From Mytilus galloprovincialis (lineage: Eukaryota), in NCBI RefSeq assembly GCF_965363235.1, contig NC_134847.1:63980144-64044143 (forward strand): a stretch of DNA of 64,000 nt. Direction: 5' to 3'. A program made the translations under genes and the position numbers. Numbering within the stretch: the first letter of the stretch is position 1; each line of letters starts with the position of its first letter. The notes beneath the pieces were generated by a model. The model was given only the letters and a program-made list of their open reading frames with translations, was not told the origin of the DNA and searched no databases. Shown here one piece after another: positions 12,434 to 25,201 of the stretch.

Positions 12434-13704
12434 GTAAGTCGAGCATATCTAGTCATTTTTACAAATTGCCTGTTTACAAAACTTTAAATTGTTCGAAAAA
12501 CTAAGGACTTTTTTTTTTTATCCCAGGCATAGATTCCCTTAGCCGTGTTTGGCACAACTTTTTGGAATTTTGGATCCTCAATGCTCTTCAACTTTTTACT
12601 TATTTGGCTTAATAAATATTTTGATATGAGCGTCATTGATGAGTCTTATTTAGACGAAATACGCGTCTGGCGTACTAAATTATAATATAGGAGGGTCTAT
12701 GTTTATGTTGAGGGCATTTCTTATAACTTGAACCAATAGAGTAATAATAAAAGCATTTAGAACAGAAATCAATTGGTAGAGTCGTTTTAAAACAGAGCAG
12801 ACATCAATCGACAACTGTATATTGTTGGAGATTGATTCATTATCTCTATATACACATTGTTGTTTTGCCTTTGTTGTTTTGCCTAGTTTTGCTGCTGTCT
12901 CATCGGCGGCTACGATCCCTTAAATTCTTTTATGTTTACCCTAAACTTTAAAAAAAAAAAATCCGTCTGAAGGATTGAACAGTTTTAGAACTGTATTGCA
13001 TTGGCTAAGGACATATTTAAAGGTTAACTGCATATTTAAACAACTTAATATTGTCTGTTTTAGTCCGAATAAAGGGAGCAACCATTTAATTCAAGGGGGT
13101 AATGGTTTTTTTCTGAGTCAGAATTTTTTTTTCCTGTAAAGCGCGAACATTTTTTTTAGTTTTTCAATCAATCAAATTATTTCTTTTCAAATTTTAATAT
13201 ATCAGTACGGGAAAAATATGTGTATTCAGAATATTTTTATTGACCAGATGATTACCCACCAGAATTTTTCTTTACAAAAGATTTTGGATCAGAATATTTT
13301 GTAGTAATTAAACCCCCAGCCCTTTTCGAAGTTTTTTTTCGTTCGTTCCCTACGTACAAGCTTTAAACTTGTGATGTAATAGCTGAAAGTTTTATTGTTC
13401 AAAGTTGGTTATTGAAGAGAGATAAATAAAGGCAGCAGTCGTATACCGCTGTTCTAAACTCAGACATCGATAGAAAAAAATAAATCCGTGATAAGCCAGA
13501 GTTTGGGACTCAATGATACAGGAACGAGTATTCCAATCTATTTTTTTAAGAGACCCATGATGACATTTATATTGAGCAAGCTACTTTTGTTTGGAAAAAG
13601 TTTCTTCCTGTACGCTCAATACCAAAACATTTTTAGCCAAAATACATTAAAGTCTATGAATATTGTTGATAAGGATAATTATGTTTCCTTTCATCCTATT
13701 TAAG

Positions 13705-13952
13705 AAAATTATCACTGGCTGGGGTCAACAGATGTTGTCAATGGTGACTGGAGATGGATATATGATCAAACTCAGTTAAGTTACAAGAACTTTAATTCAG
13801 GAAGACCTTATCCAACCAGTAATGCATACTCCCACTCAAATAACTGTATTATGATGCACTACAGCAATGGTAACTGGTTAGACAATCCATGTTCGAGTTC
13901 CTTACCATATGTCTGTGAAAGTAATTTCTGTAAGTTTTATATAGATGGTTAA
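13705..13952 (+). CDS. Lectin exon 4: KNYHWLGSTDVVNGDWRWIYDQTQLSYKNFNSGRPYPTSNAYSHSNNCIMMHYSNGNWLDNPCSSSLPYVCESNFCKFYIDG*
   Basis: Acceptor ctatttaag; stop TAA at 13950-13952 (an alternative donor gtaagt at 13931 would shorten the tail). Confidence 0.6.
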
Positions 13953-14454
13953 AGCTAACAGATAATAATATTGTTATAGTTTGTATTTTTTTGCTAGACA
14001 CATATTCAGTGTTCCTTCTTTTTACATCAAATCTCGTTGGTAAATACATCCAAAATAGAATTAAAAAATATATGACAAAAAGTACTTCAAAATGACCATT
14101 TATTACTTTATTTCTTTTTTTCTCGAGCATTGATGAAAGTCGCGCAAGAAGCAAGACATGTGCTATTCTACTACCGTCATCGTTGTTGAGATCCATAGTT
14201 GTTGTAAACTGAAATGGTATTGTCGTATGGACAATTATCAATGCATGTTAATTATCATCGTTATCATTAATATATGTTTGACATAAGAATAACTATTGTT
14301 GTCAGGAATTTTAACTTCGTGATTAAATGTCCACCCTATTTTCATTTCAGGCTTCCAATAGAAATGTAGATGTTTCCTCAAAAAAACAGATGACAGATTA
14401 AAAAAAATATATTAAAGTATCACTACGGTGCATAATTCTGTTGTTGTGTTTATG

Positions 14455-14590
14455 AGGGGGGGGGGGGGCAATGACTGACCTAAAAGGGGGCGCTCCAGTC
14501 ATGCTTCAGTGCTTCACTACATAATCAACCAAATTGTTCCCACGTAAGGGGGGCCCAGGCCCTCCAGCCCCCTCCCTGTATCCGTATACG
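14455..14590. mobile_element. MITE, G/C-core family, copy 2
   Basis: gggggggggggggcaatgactgacctaaaagggggcgctccagtcatgcttcagtgcttcactacataatcaaccaaatt... matches the 39248 and 45400 copies. Confidence 0.55.
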
Positions 14591-14929
14591 GGCATGTTTT
14601 TTTATTGGTAATAAATGTAAAAATATTTTATTAAATTATGTGACATATTTTTCTATTAAATTTGAAAGAACTTCAAACAGGTGCAAATCTGCATTAAGGC
14701 TAACCTTTGGTTTTTGAACTACATATCCATGAATGGTCCCTAACATACCAAATAATAATAAAATGCCCCATTCAACAGACTAAACATTCTCGAAGTACAC
14801 CTTTAACATTGGGGGCACACATTTCCATAACCCTGGTTAGTCCGCTTAGTCATGGGCACACTAACATTGCTGTCAACTGAATACAAATGATTTCATTTCA
14901 AGATAACGTAATCTCATTTTTGTCTATAT

Positions 14930-15060
14930 ATAAAAATTGAAAATTGAAATAAGGAATGTGTCAAAGAGACAACAACCCGACACCAATGGGTCTTCAATAC
15001 AGCGAGAAAATCCCGCACTCAGAGGTGTGCTACAGTTGGCCCCTAAACAAAAATGTGTAC
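14930..15060. repeat. Dispersed repeat (ggaatgtgtcaaagagacaacaacccgac... family); second copy at 16930-17070
   Basis: About 85% identity between the two copies. Confidence 0.5.
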
Positions 15061-15699
15061 CTGTTCAGTAATAATTCACGTCATACTAAACTCCGAAAGA
15101 TATAAATGAACTTAAATTAAAAATCATACAAGATTAACAAAGGCAAGAGTCTCCTGACATGGGACAGGCGCAACTTAAATGCGGCGGGGTAAACCAAGTT
15201 TTCGGAAATCTCAACCCTCCCCTATACCTAGCCAGTATAGAAAAAAACAAACACACCACAATACGCATACTTTCTATAACTATGTCATGTACTAAATTTT
15301 TTTACTTTTAGAACACTTTTGATTTGATATGGTTGCTTAGTAGTGCTCGTTGTTTGATCTTTTGTTGAGTTTCCGTTATGAGATCAATAAGGCAGTGGAG
15401 CATACGAAACAATTAAACTATCTCTGCTCATAACTACCGGTATTTCTATGTTTCTCTAGAGTTAAACATTCGAAGAAGACTTCATTTTTATCATTAAGCT
15501 GAATAGTTACTTGGCAAAAAGCACCTACTCCTTCTTACGATGTTGACCAATTATTTATGCAAATTTGTCCTTTCTGTTTAGTTTTTTACTGCCACATGTT
15601 CTACATGTTTGGCATATATACATTATGTATCAACGGGTACTGATGAACCCCTCATAAAGATTAAGAAGTTTAAACCCGCTGTATTTCTTTGCACCTGTC

Positions 15700-15995
15700 A
15701 AAAGTTAGGAACCGGGTGTTCAGTGGTTGTCGTTTGTTGATGTAGTTCATAAGTGGTTCTCGTTCTTTGGATAGATTAGACTTTTGCATAGTTTCTCTGT
15801 TCAAATGGTTTTACACTAGACAATTTTGGGGCCCTTTATGGCTTGCTGTTCGGTGTGAGCAAAGGCTCTGTGTTGAAGGCTGTACTTTGACCTATGAAAG
15901 TTTACTTTTGCTAATTGTGACTTGGATGGATATTTGTCTTATTGGCACTCCTGCCACATTTTCTTACATCTATTTACAGTCATAGAATGTATTAA
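15700..15995 (+). mobile_element. SINE/MITE-like repeat (…cattggcac…ccacatt… family), copy 2
   Basis: Shares ggggccctttatggcttgctgttcggtgtgag...gttgaaggctgtactttgacctatgaaagtttacttttg with 43860-44133. Confidence 0.55.
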
Positions 15996-17469
15996 ATGCC
16001 CCAAGGTCTACAGACTCTTTTTTTAGCAGCATTTCATCAGATCCAGCTAGCTATCTAGTATATAGTAAGTATGCATTTCTTCAATGATTTGCTTATGCAT
16101 GTTCACAACAGAATGATTTAGAGCATTACATAATATATGGAAACCCGTCTTTTGTCTCTGTTTGTTTTGCTCACACATTTTGTCAATAGAATAGAATTTT
16201 ACGCCACCTGTCATACAAGTGAGTTGTTTAGCTAACTATAAAACTAGGTTTCAATCTACCACTTTCTATAAAAGGAAATTCCTGTACCAAATCAGGAGTA
16301 AGAAAGTTGTTTTCCATTCTTTTGATGTGCTCAAGTTTTTGATCCTGCCATTTGTTTAGGGATTTTCTGGTTTGAATTTTCATTTTAATTCAGAATTATT
16401 TGTTTTTCTCACTTTTTTGTTTATGACCTGAATGCTGCTCTCTTTTAAGCTTCAGTTCTTTTTGTCTTTGGCACATTAGCCTATACTTCACATCTTCTTT
16501 TAATCATCTCATTAAGACTATTACACTGACAGTGGTTTACTTAATACTTTTAAACTTCTCTATCCAAGTTGTTAGGAGAATTACTAGAAATCACTAAATG
16601 AGTTTTACAACACCCAAAAATTGCTAGTTGATCGATAGTTAGTTTTTCCGGTTCCTCTTGCTATTTGATGGGTATTTTAACTTTGTAATATTTTCAACAT
16701 TATTATCCAACATTGTTGGCAGTTTGGTAATGTTCTTTTATTTGGTCCCTTATTCCTAATATGACTTTGGAATCCTATACAGTTAAGTGATGCATGCATA
16801 AGTCACCCTGTCTTTCAATTGTAATACATTCTAGTTTATCTCATTTCAATTTAGCCTAAACAAAATCATGTCAATTTCTAGTCTAGTTTTGAACATTATG
16901 AGGTCATTTGATAATTTTTAAATCATATTTAAAATTGATAATGGCAGTAGGGAATGTGTTAAAGAGACAACAACCCGACCAAAGAGCAGTAAACAGTCCA
17001 AGCCACCAATGGGTCTAATATAGCGAGAAAATCCTGCATCCAGAGATGAGCTTAAATGTGTACTTGTTCAGTTGTTTATCTCACAAAATAAACTAGAGGA
17101 GGATTGTAATGTCAACCTATGTTCTCCATGTGACAGCCTCATTTGAATATGCATGATAGTTGTCTCTGGAAATTCAGCAAACAACCATTAAGCTTTCAAT
17201 ACATGTTGCAAGCTACATCAATGGATGAAGCCTATAAGTCAGACATATTAATTGATTAATCAAAAACTTGTGCTCCAAAAACCAAAAAAAAAATATTTGT
17301 ATTTAAAGAAAACTAACTTTTTGAAACTACAAATATATTACTTTAATAAAAACATTTTTACAGTTTAAATTACAAATTGAACAGAATAAATATAAAATAG
17401 TATCACATTGTCTGTAGTACAGAAAAAATTGAAGATATTTTCTACAGTGATCATTGACCATTTTAACTG

Positions 17470-17840
17470 ATACAGGCTTCATAATAGACCACTTTCGAGT
17501 TTGTCCTTCACCAGAAAAAACTCGTTAATTATGTGAGCCTTTATGACATCATTTACCAGATAGAGGGGATCGCCTGTATCCATGTACAATTTACATTCAT
17601 CAAGTGTCTTATTGAACGTCATTGTGCATGATAAACTAGAAATAATATTTGTTTGGTAGGTACTTAATCACAATTCCCTAATGACATCAGATTTGATTGT
17701 CAATTATTAGAATTCTATTGGCCAAATAATTCATGCAATATAGCATCATAGTTTTCCAACCAATTGCTCAACATGGGAACGGAAGTGACGATGCCCCTAA
17801 ACGCAAGAATGATGTTCACTAAAACCAAAGTTTTTGACGG
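17470..17840. repeat. Dispersed ~370-bp repeat; second copy at 34090-34460
   Basis: Long collinear similarity (accactttcgagtttgtcc...ttcactaaaaccaaagtttttgacggaaa). Confidence 0.6.
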
Positions 17841-19806
17841 AAATGCATCGAACTAGAAAGTTGTCTATTGACTATATGTAGACATGAAAAAGGCAATTTG
17901 GTCCTACCATTACAAGTGTATCTGGTGTCAAAATAATATACATTAACAAATTGTTTTATGAAGCTTCATAAATAATACAAAAAACATTATTGAAAAGTAT
18001 GAACAAAAGAAAATAAGATAATCTAAAAAGATTCATTCACAAGAGTAAAATTACAAGTATAAAAACATAATATAAACAAACTATCACCAATACTTACAGC
18101 AGATAGCATTGAGTGTGTAGGAAATAGTAAAATCTTTGCTTAGCTTGTTTGTTAGCTGAACTTTGAAGTCATTACTAGGTTAAGTATACAACCATCATTT
18201 CGGAGTACTCTTGTCCTACAGACAGAAAGATTGGTTATCTCTTAGACTAGTCTACTCTTAAAGAAGGGTAGTTTACCTAACCTAATAATGACTTCATGGT
18301 TCAGCTAGCAAGCAAGCTGACCAAAGATATTACCTTTACTTACACACTCAATGCATTCTGCTGTATAACAAATAAACATACATATTCTGCTAAAAAATCA
18401 ATGCAAAAGATCTCAAGATTATTTTTAGATATACAGTATTTTGACATGTATTATACACACTTTTTTTTTTACTTTTTATTAATAGTTACAGTAGAATCTG
18501 ACTAAATCAAACAAAACATACATTTGTCAATAAAAAAATTTGTGTCAGGACAAATACCTTGAACATTCTGTGATATTTACACAAAATCCCAAGTCCCCAT
18601 TATGTTTGTTTAGACTTCACTTCATATGAAAACTACCAGTCATCTGTTAATGCTAAATGTTAAAAAGCCTATTTAGCTATATATAGCAATTGACTCTTAA
18701 CCTGATATTGGCTGGTTAGTTTTGGATGATGAAAACATGAAAAAATCAACAGATAACTGACGCTAAGTGATGGTAGCAGCCTATATAAACACAGAGGCTC
18801 TTGATCAAGTTAGCTTAAAATTGCACAATTAGACTTGCTGTTGCCTTTAATTATCTACTTCTCGGTCATGGCTATACAATGTACTTTTTTAAATGTTATC
18901 TGAGGAAAGGTAAAATATAAAATAATGGAACAAAATGTACATATATTCTACAAAAATATATTAATTGGTACTTGTTAATATATATTATTGTTAAAATAAG
19001 ACAATCAATAAAATTAACTGTGACCAAAACACTAATTCTATTTTTTATTCCATACAAAGAGTAGGTCTAGGACTTAGTGGACTATAGGAAATGGTAAAAA
19101 CCCTGTTATGACTAGATTTTACTTAAGTATTGTTTTGAGTTTTTAATCATTACATTGTTACTCAATCTCATGTAGGTATACTTAATACCTGGTCAGGATT
19201 TGAATTTGATCATGTACTTGTTAAAATGTTATTCAGATATTGAAGTACACATTGCTCAGATAAAACAACTTGCTTCCTTAACTTTTACCTTAGATTTAAC
19301 TGCCTTCAACATGAACAATTTGGTTTAAATATCAGATATCATTTTCAGTAGCTTTTCTTAATATCAAAATAGTATTGTCCACACATATTAAAACTAGTTA
19401 ATTATTACATTATTTGCATAAAAACAATCAGTTCATTTCAAATTTTACATAAAATGTCTGTTGTTTTCTAGTCCTATATTACTTTTGAAACTTAAATTAA
19501 TGCCAATACTACAATATTTTTCTGAACTGTGTATAAAAAACTCACAAAAACTAACAAAAATTTCCCCTATACAAACAAAGTTGTAATTTGAAAATATATG
19601 AGGAAACAAAAGTTTGGTGAAAAATAAACAAACGTGTAAAGTATATGTGCTTGTATTGCAAAAATAAAATGCATTTGTGTTGTACTTCAACTAATATTAT
19701 AAAAATAGTCATTCTTTTCTTAGGCTTTTTTGTTTTTAACTATATCTTTTCCAATATAACCACAGTAATTTCATCACAGTTATTTTAGCCATCACAGACT
19801 TGTTCG

Positions 19807-19920
19807 CTATTGTCCCTGTTTAGAACCAATAAGACCATGGGCAGTATCAAACAGGTTGATGGGTGTAGTTCCATCAGTCACTAACACACTCTGTATGCCA
19901 AGACCTTGCAATAGATTGGC
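19807..19920 (-). CDS. MVP: MVP exon 26 (terminal): [37 protein letters not shown]
   Basis: Acceptor ttttcag; stop TAG at 19807-19809; ~ human [32 protein letters not shown]. Confidence 0.9.
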   Translation of the reverse strand, partial: ANLLQGLGIQSVLVTDGTTPINLFDTAHGLIGSKQGQ

Positions 19921-20339
19921 CTGAAAAGGAAATAGATCAAATTTAATATCAAATAGCATTTGTGATATGTAAAAATTTATCTCTGTACTTTTAGGTATTT
20001 TAGTCGATTTCCTTATAGGAATATGAATAAAACTTAATTCATTATGCAAAATTAAACTTTCAGTATGTTAAAATTTGTGAGTTATCATTTGTTTATCGAT
20101 ATTGATAATTTTTACAAGAACCAATGGATTATTGTGGAACTATAAGTTGTATTCAGTTGTCCATAGCATTGAGTTAAGAAAGCTAGCCACTATTCAGTTG
20201 CCCCAGACTAGTAGAATGTTTTTCCGACCAATTAGTATTTACAAAACTTTGTTAAGACACTTAAGAAAAATGTCAAAATATTGGTCTTCAGACTATTGGT
20301 TGGATATGTTTTTGTACAGACTTCTGTAACATACAAAAC

Positions 20340-20660
20340 TAAATAGGGAATGTGTTATAACTCAAGAACTGTAAAAGTGAAGCTACCAAAATTTGTACTT
20401 GATCTAAGTTTTGTGGTAGCAAGCATTGTGGATAGGTTTCATAATGTTTGGTTGAGGCAAACTTAAGTTAGAGAATGGAAACAAAAAATTCAGCAATTTT
20501 TTCACTTGATAAGGGGCATTACTGTAGACAATAAAAAATGACACCACAGAAATTATGACTTGACATGTGTTTTGTGGTAATAAACAATGTTAATAAGTTT
20601 CATAAAATTTTGTTGTGGCAAACTAGAGTTGGAGAACAGAAACCAATTTCAGGATGTACA
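20340..20660. repeat. Dispersed repeat with internal duplication (…gtttcataa[t/c]atttggttgaggcaaa…ttagagaa…); second copy at 36940-37290
   Basis: Collinear similarity between the two intronic copies. Confidence 0.55.
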
Positions 20661-20877
20661 AGGGTAAAACTTAATGCCTCCTCCACTACAGTTTGCTTAA
20701 AAAACATATTGTCTAGATCTAAGAAAACTAAAAACTTATTAAAATCCAATTACAACTTATAAATAGATCATGTTCTTCCAGATAAAAGTATCAATAAGGA
20801 CACATCCAACTGATTTAGAGAAGAGGTGATTGTCATTGTATAATAATGTCTACCCTAACTATAAATGAGTTACTCAC

Positions 20878-20958
20878 TTGAGCCTTGGGTCCTGCTATTG
20901 ACATAGTTTCTATTGTTTTTATTCCTAATGTCTCAACCATAGACTTGAATTTCTTCAC
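20878..20958 (-). CDS. MVP: MVP exon 25: VKKFKSMVETLGIKTIETMSIAGPKAQ
   Basis: Acceptor atttttag, donor gtgagt; ~ human [27 protein letters not shown]. Confidence 0.9.
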
Positions 20959-21336
20959 CTAAAAATTTGTAGAAATATTTCCAATTATTAAAGGATTTAG
21001 GAATGCGTACAATATATTTTTTTGACACAAAACTTTCAAAAAAAAAAAAAGAAAGGCAAATCAGTTTCTTAACACTATTATTTGGTATTTATTTTATCTT
21101 TCTGAAAACAAACTTTCATATAAATTCTTTCACAAAAATACAAATTTGATTATATAAACGTGTAATGAATGTTTAATACTGTGTTTTTAGAGAAATTATT
21201 GAATAAAAAAAAATCTTTTATCTTTTTTACAATGAGCCATATATTATTGGTTTATAATGATCTAATAGGTAATATCTCAAGTCCTCATTAAACTAGGTTG
21301 TTTTATATGATCAGTATAATATTAAACTATCTTTAC

Positions 21337-21417
21337 CTCAATGTCTGCTCTTCCTTTTTCTAAATCCAATTCCATTCTGTTAAGTTCTTTTTGATATGAA
21401 AGCTCCTGTGCTCTCAA
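21337..21417 (-). CDS. MVP: MVP exon 24: LRAQELSYQKELNRMELDLEKGRADIE
   Basis: Acceptor aatttacag, donor gtaaag; ~ human [28 protein letters not shown]. Confidence 0.85.
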
Positions 21418-21479
21418 CTGTAAATTTTAATGAAGAATTAATAACAATCAATTACAGAATGCTAAAAACAAATGAGTAC

Positions 21480-23110
21480 TACAAATAGAGTGAAGATAGA
21501 TTAATTTTAATTGAAATTTCAAAGACTTTAATTCCATTTGAAAAGGATTTCTATTAATTTCAAAGACTTTAATTCCATTTGAAAAAGATTTCTATTCACT
21601 TATACAAAGTTATTGTACGAAAACCAAGAAGAATGCTTATTTGGGCCCTTTTAGGGCCCCTAATTCCTTAACTGTTCAGACCAAAAATCCAAGAATCATT
21701 CCTAACCTTCCTATTGTGGTCATTAACCTTGGGTTTAAATTTGATAGATTTCTATTTACTTATACTTAAGTTATTGTGCGAAAACCAAGAAAAATGCTTA
21801 TTTGGGCCCTTTTTTGGCCCCTTATTCCTATTAGGACCACAACTCCCAAAATCGATCCCAACCTTTCTTAAGTGGTATTGAACCTTGTTTTAACAAATTA
21901 TAAACCTTGTTTTAACAAATTATAGAGATCCATTCACTAAAACTAAAGTTATTGTCCGGAAACTAAATGCGTCTTTGGACGACTACCACAACATCATACC
22001 ATTATACGACACAAAAATAACAAGAATGTGTCCATAGTACACCGATGCCCCACTCGCATTATCATTTTCTATGTTCAGTAGACCGTGAAATTGGGGTCAA
22101 AACTCTAATTTGGCAATTAAATTAGAAAGATCATATCATAGGGAACATGTGTACTAAGTTTGAAGTTGATTGGACTTCAACTTCATCAAAAACTACCTTG
22201 ACCAAAAATTTAACCTGAAACTTGCACTATTATTTTCTATGTTCAGTGGACCGTGAAATTGGGGTCAAAAGTCTAATTTGGCAATTAAATTAGAAAGATC
22301 ATATCATAGGGAACATGTTTATTTAGTTTGAAGTTGATTGGACTTTAACTTTATCAAAAACTACCTTGACCAAAAAATTTAACCTGAAACTTGCACTATT
22401 ATATTCTATGTTCAGTGGACTGTGAAATTGGGGTCAAAAGTCTAATTTGGCAATTAAATTAGAAAGATCATATCATAGGGAACATGTGTACTAAGTTTAA
22501 AGTTGATTGGACTTCAACTTCATCAAAAACTACCTTGACCAAAAACTTTAACCAGAACGAACGGGACGACAGACAGATGAACGGATGGACGGACGGACAG
22601 ACCAGAAAACATAATGCCCCTCTACTATCGTAGGTGGGGCATAAAAATAAATTGTATATTTAACTTCTTATTATAGATAAGCATGGACACATCTTCAGGT
22701 CCCAATAAATTCAAGACATTTTGATAAATTGCTGCACTACCAGTGTATGATATATAAAAAAGAAGATGTGGTATGATTGCCAATGATATGCATGTCATGA
22801 GCAATCAATATTAAAGTATGTTTAAAAGAATTATGAACAAGAATGTGACCATAGTACACAGATGCTACCACTCGCACTATCATTTACTATGTTCAATGGA
22901 CTGTGAAATTGGGGTCAAAACTGTAATTTGGCATTAAAATTAGAAAAATCATATCACAGGGACCATGTATAAAAAAATTCAAGTAGATTTGTCTTCAACT
23001 TCAGCAAAAACTACCTCGACCATAAACTTTCTTGGAGCAGGACAGATGACTGGACGGAAGAACGGACTGATGCACAGACCAGAAAACATAATGCCCATAA
23101 ATGTTTGTAA
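21480..23110. repeat. Composite intronic tandem-repeat block: ~110-bp units (21480-21990), then 3 copies of a ~175-bp unit (22040-22560) ending in a gacggacgga-rich linker, plus a diverged 4th copy (22820-23110) with the same linker
   Basis: Direct repeats of cactattattttctatgttcagtggaccgtgaaattggggtcaaaagtctaatttggcaattaaattagaaagatcatatcatagggaacatgt... Confidence 0.85.
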
Positions 23111-23231
23111 TAATATCATAAATATTAAAAGTTTACGGGTTCTTAGGATTATGAACAAAGTGAAAAAATACTTAACATTTAATAAATTCTTAATAGTTTG
23201 ATCTTTTTTCAAAAATAATCTATAAACTTAC

Positions 23232-23296
23232 CAAGCCCTGAGTTTCAAGTTTGGCCATGTGTTCAATTTCCTCTGCTTCAGCCTTTAACTTGGCAG
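23232..23296 (-). CDS. MVP: MVP exon 23: SAKLKAEAEEIEHMAKLETQGL
   Basis: Acceptor gtattacag, donor gtaagt; ~ human VLQAKLKAQALAIETEAELQRVQ. Confidence 0.85.
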
Positions 23297-23639
23297 CTGT
23301 AATACAGATTTTAAGCATAAGCATTGTATGGAATAACGTTAAAATCTTGAGTTCATTTCAGACAATTTTAATGATATGTATATTGTATTTTGATAAAAAC
23401 AAGCAAATGTCTTTTTATCGTCACCAACTAAACTATGGGTCGCCATATTCTGGTTGGACAAAGTTATATTTTTAGGCAAAGAACAATCAACTGTATCTAT
23501 CATAAGATTGTGTTCTGTTTAACATGACTGCTGTAGGGTTTGTAGGGTTGGTTTACAGAACTGCTGATAGTTTGGAAGGATCAATTCAAATATATTTTTG
23601 GCCTCAGGGGTCAAGAAATTTTAATTGTTTATTTACATT

Positions 23640-23730
23640 ACTAGCTTGTCACCACTGAGGTTATGAATTTAAACTCTGTATGTAGCAGTTTGTCTGACTA
23701 CAATCTAAATTGACTAGGATTGCCTGTTAT
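23640..23730 (+). mobile_element. tRNA-derived SINE fragment
   Basis: ccactgaggttatgaattt...ctaaattgactaggattgcctgtt matches the SINE copies at 6189 and 62145. Confidence 0.4.
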
Positions 23731-23984
23731 TGTGTCAAAGGTTGTGGTTATCTACAGATTCCTCCCCAAATAAAAAATGGCTGCCAAAATATAGCTAAGA
23801 GAGCTGAAGGTCATGTTAAATACCAACAATCAATTGATCATATAATATTCATTTTATTTTTTTATTCAAATGTGTTCAACTTTGCCTTTTTATTACATTG
23901 AAGTTATGAAACTCCAAATAACATTAAACAGATAAAAGAATTATCCAATCCAATTAAGTTTAAGGGCTTTTTTTCTTGGCTTTT

Positions 23985-24725
23985 TTATTAAGCTTGTGTT
24001 TGACTTACATTCTATTTCACTTTCACACTCTATCAGCATTCTCTCAGCCTGTACTTGTGTTTGACTTACATTCTATTTCACTTTCACACTCTATCAGCTT
24101 TCTCTCAGCCTGTGCTTGTAACTTGCCTTCTGTTTGACTTACATTCTATTTCACTTCCACTATATAAGCATTTTCTCAGCCTGTGCTTGTGACTCGCCTT
24201 GTGTTTGACTTACATTCTATTTCACTTTCACTATATTAGCTTTCTCTCAGCCTGTGCTTGTGACTCGCCTTGTGTTTTACTTACATTCTATTTCACTTTC
24301 ACTATATTAGCTTTCTCTCAGCCTGTGCTTGTGACTCGCCTTGTGTTTTACTTACATTCTATTTCACTTTCATATTCTATCAGCATTCTCTCAGCCTGTG
24401 CTTGTGACTCGGCTTGTGTTTGACTTACATTCTATTTCACTTTCACACAGCATTCTCTCAGCCTCTGCTTATGTTTGACTTACATTCTATTTCACTTTCA
24501 CACTCTATTAGCATTCTCTCAGCCTGTACTTGTGTTTGACTTACATTCTATTTCACTTTAACACTCTATTAGCATTCTCTCAGCCTGTACTTGTGTTTGA
24601 CTTACATTCTATTTCACTTTCATATTCTATCAGCATTCTCTCAGCCTCTGCTTGTGTTTGACTTACATTCTATTTCACTTTCACACTCTATTAGCATTCT
24701 CTCAGCCTGTGCTTGTGACTCAGCT
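23985..24725 (-). repeat. Satellite of ~11 units (62 or 74 bp). Each unit is a copy of the 3' end of MVP exon 22 (…AQAERMLIECESEIE) plus its gtaagtcaaacacaag splice-donor/intron start
   Basis: Read on the minus strand, each unit is caggctgagagaatgctgatagagtgtgaaagtgaaatagaatGTAAGTcaaacacaag. The array directly abuts the exon. Confidence 0.9.
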
Positions 24726-24893
24726 TTAGCTTGACCAGTAGATTCCACGGCCGCAGTGATAGCTTGTAATTCTAATAACTTTGTCTTTTCTTTCTCAGAA
24801 TCCATTTCATTAAGCAATTTCTGTCGTTCAAGTTGACCTCTGGCTATTTGTTCATTTCTGCTAGCTTCGTGGGATGCTGAGGCTTCTATTGAT
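24667..24893 (-). CDS. MVP: MVP exon 22 (coiled-coil): KSIEASASHEASRNEQIARGQLERQKLLNEMDSEKEKTKLLELQAITAAVESTGQAKAESQAQAERMLIECESEIE
   Basis: Acceptor ttttcatag, donor gtaagt at 24666; ~ human [74 protein letters not shown]. The 3' end is continuous with the tandem array at 23985-24725. Confidence 0.85.
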
Positions 24894-25201
24894 CTATGAA
24901 AAACATATACACATATAAACCAATATGGTTTAACGTTTGTGAAAAGATCAGTTATAAAATGTCAAAATTCAAACATTAGCATACATAGCAGCATAACCAC
25001 ACACCTTTATAAAATTGAATTCAGGATTTATGTATAAAACTATTATATCTAATAATAAAGAAGATGTGGTATCATTGAATTAGTTCACATGTTAAACTTA
25101 TTTTTTTTAAAGAAGAGTAAGAACTCTAAAGTTGTTTTCAATGCCTTTGTCTAATGAATGTTTCCCCACATATTTATGAAGATGTATATAACAGGACTTA
25201 C

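Larger units (their letters stand above)
11537..13952 (+). other. C-type lectin gene, 4 exons, ~211 aa (signal peptide, coiled-coil neck, C-type lectin domain (CTLD))
   Basis: Exons joined by GT/AG with consistent phases. The CTLD landmarks W.KYNSHCYY, C..GG.LA.I, WLG.TD, W.W.D, NGNWLD..C and YVCE are all present. Confidence 0.65.
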
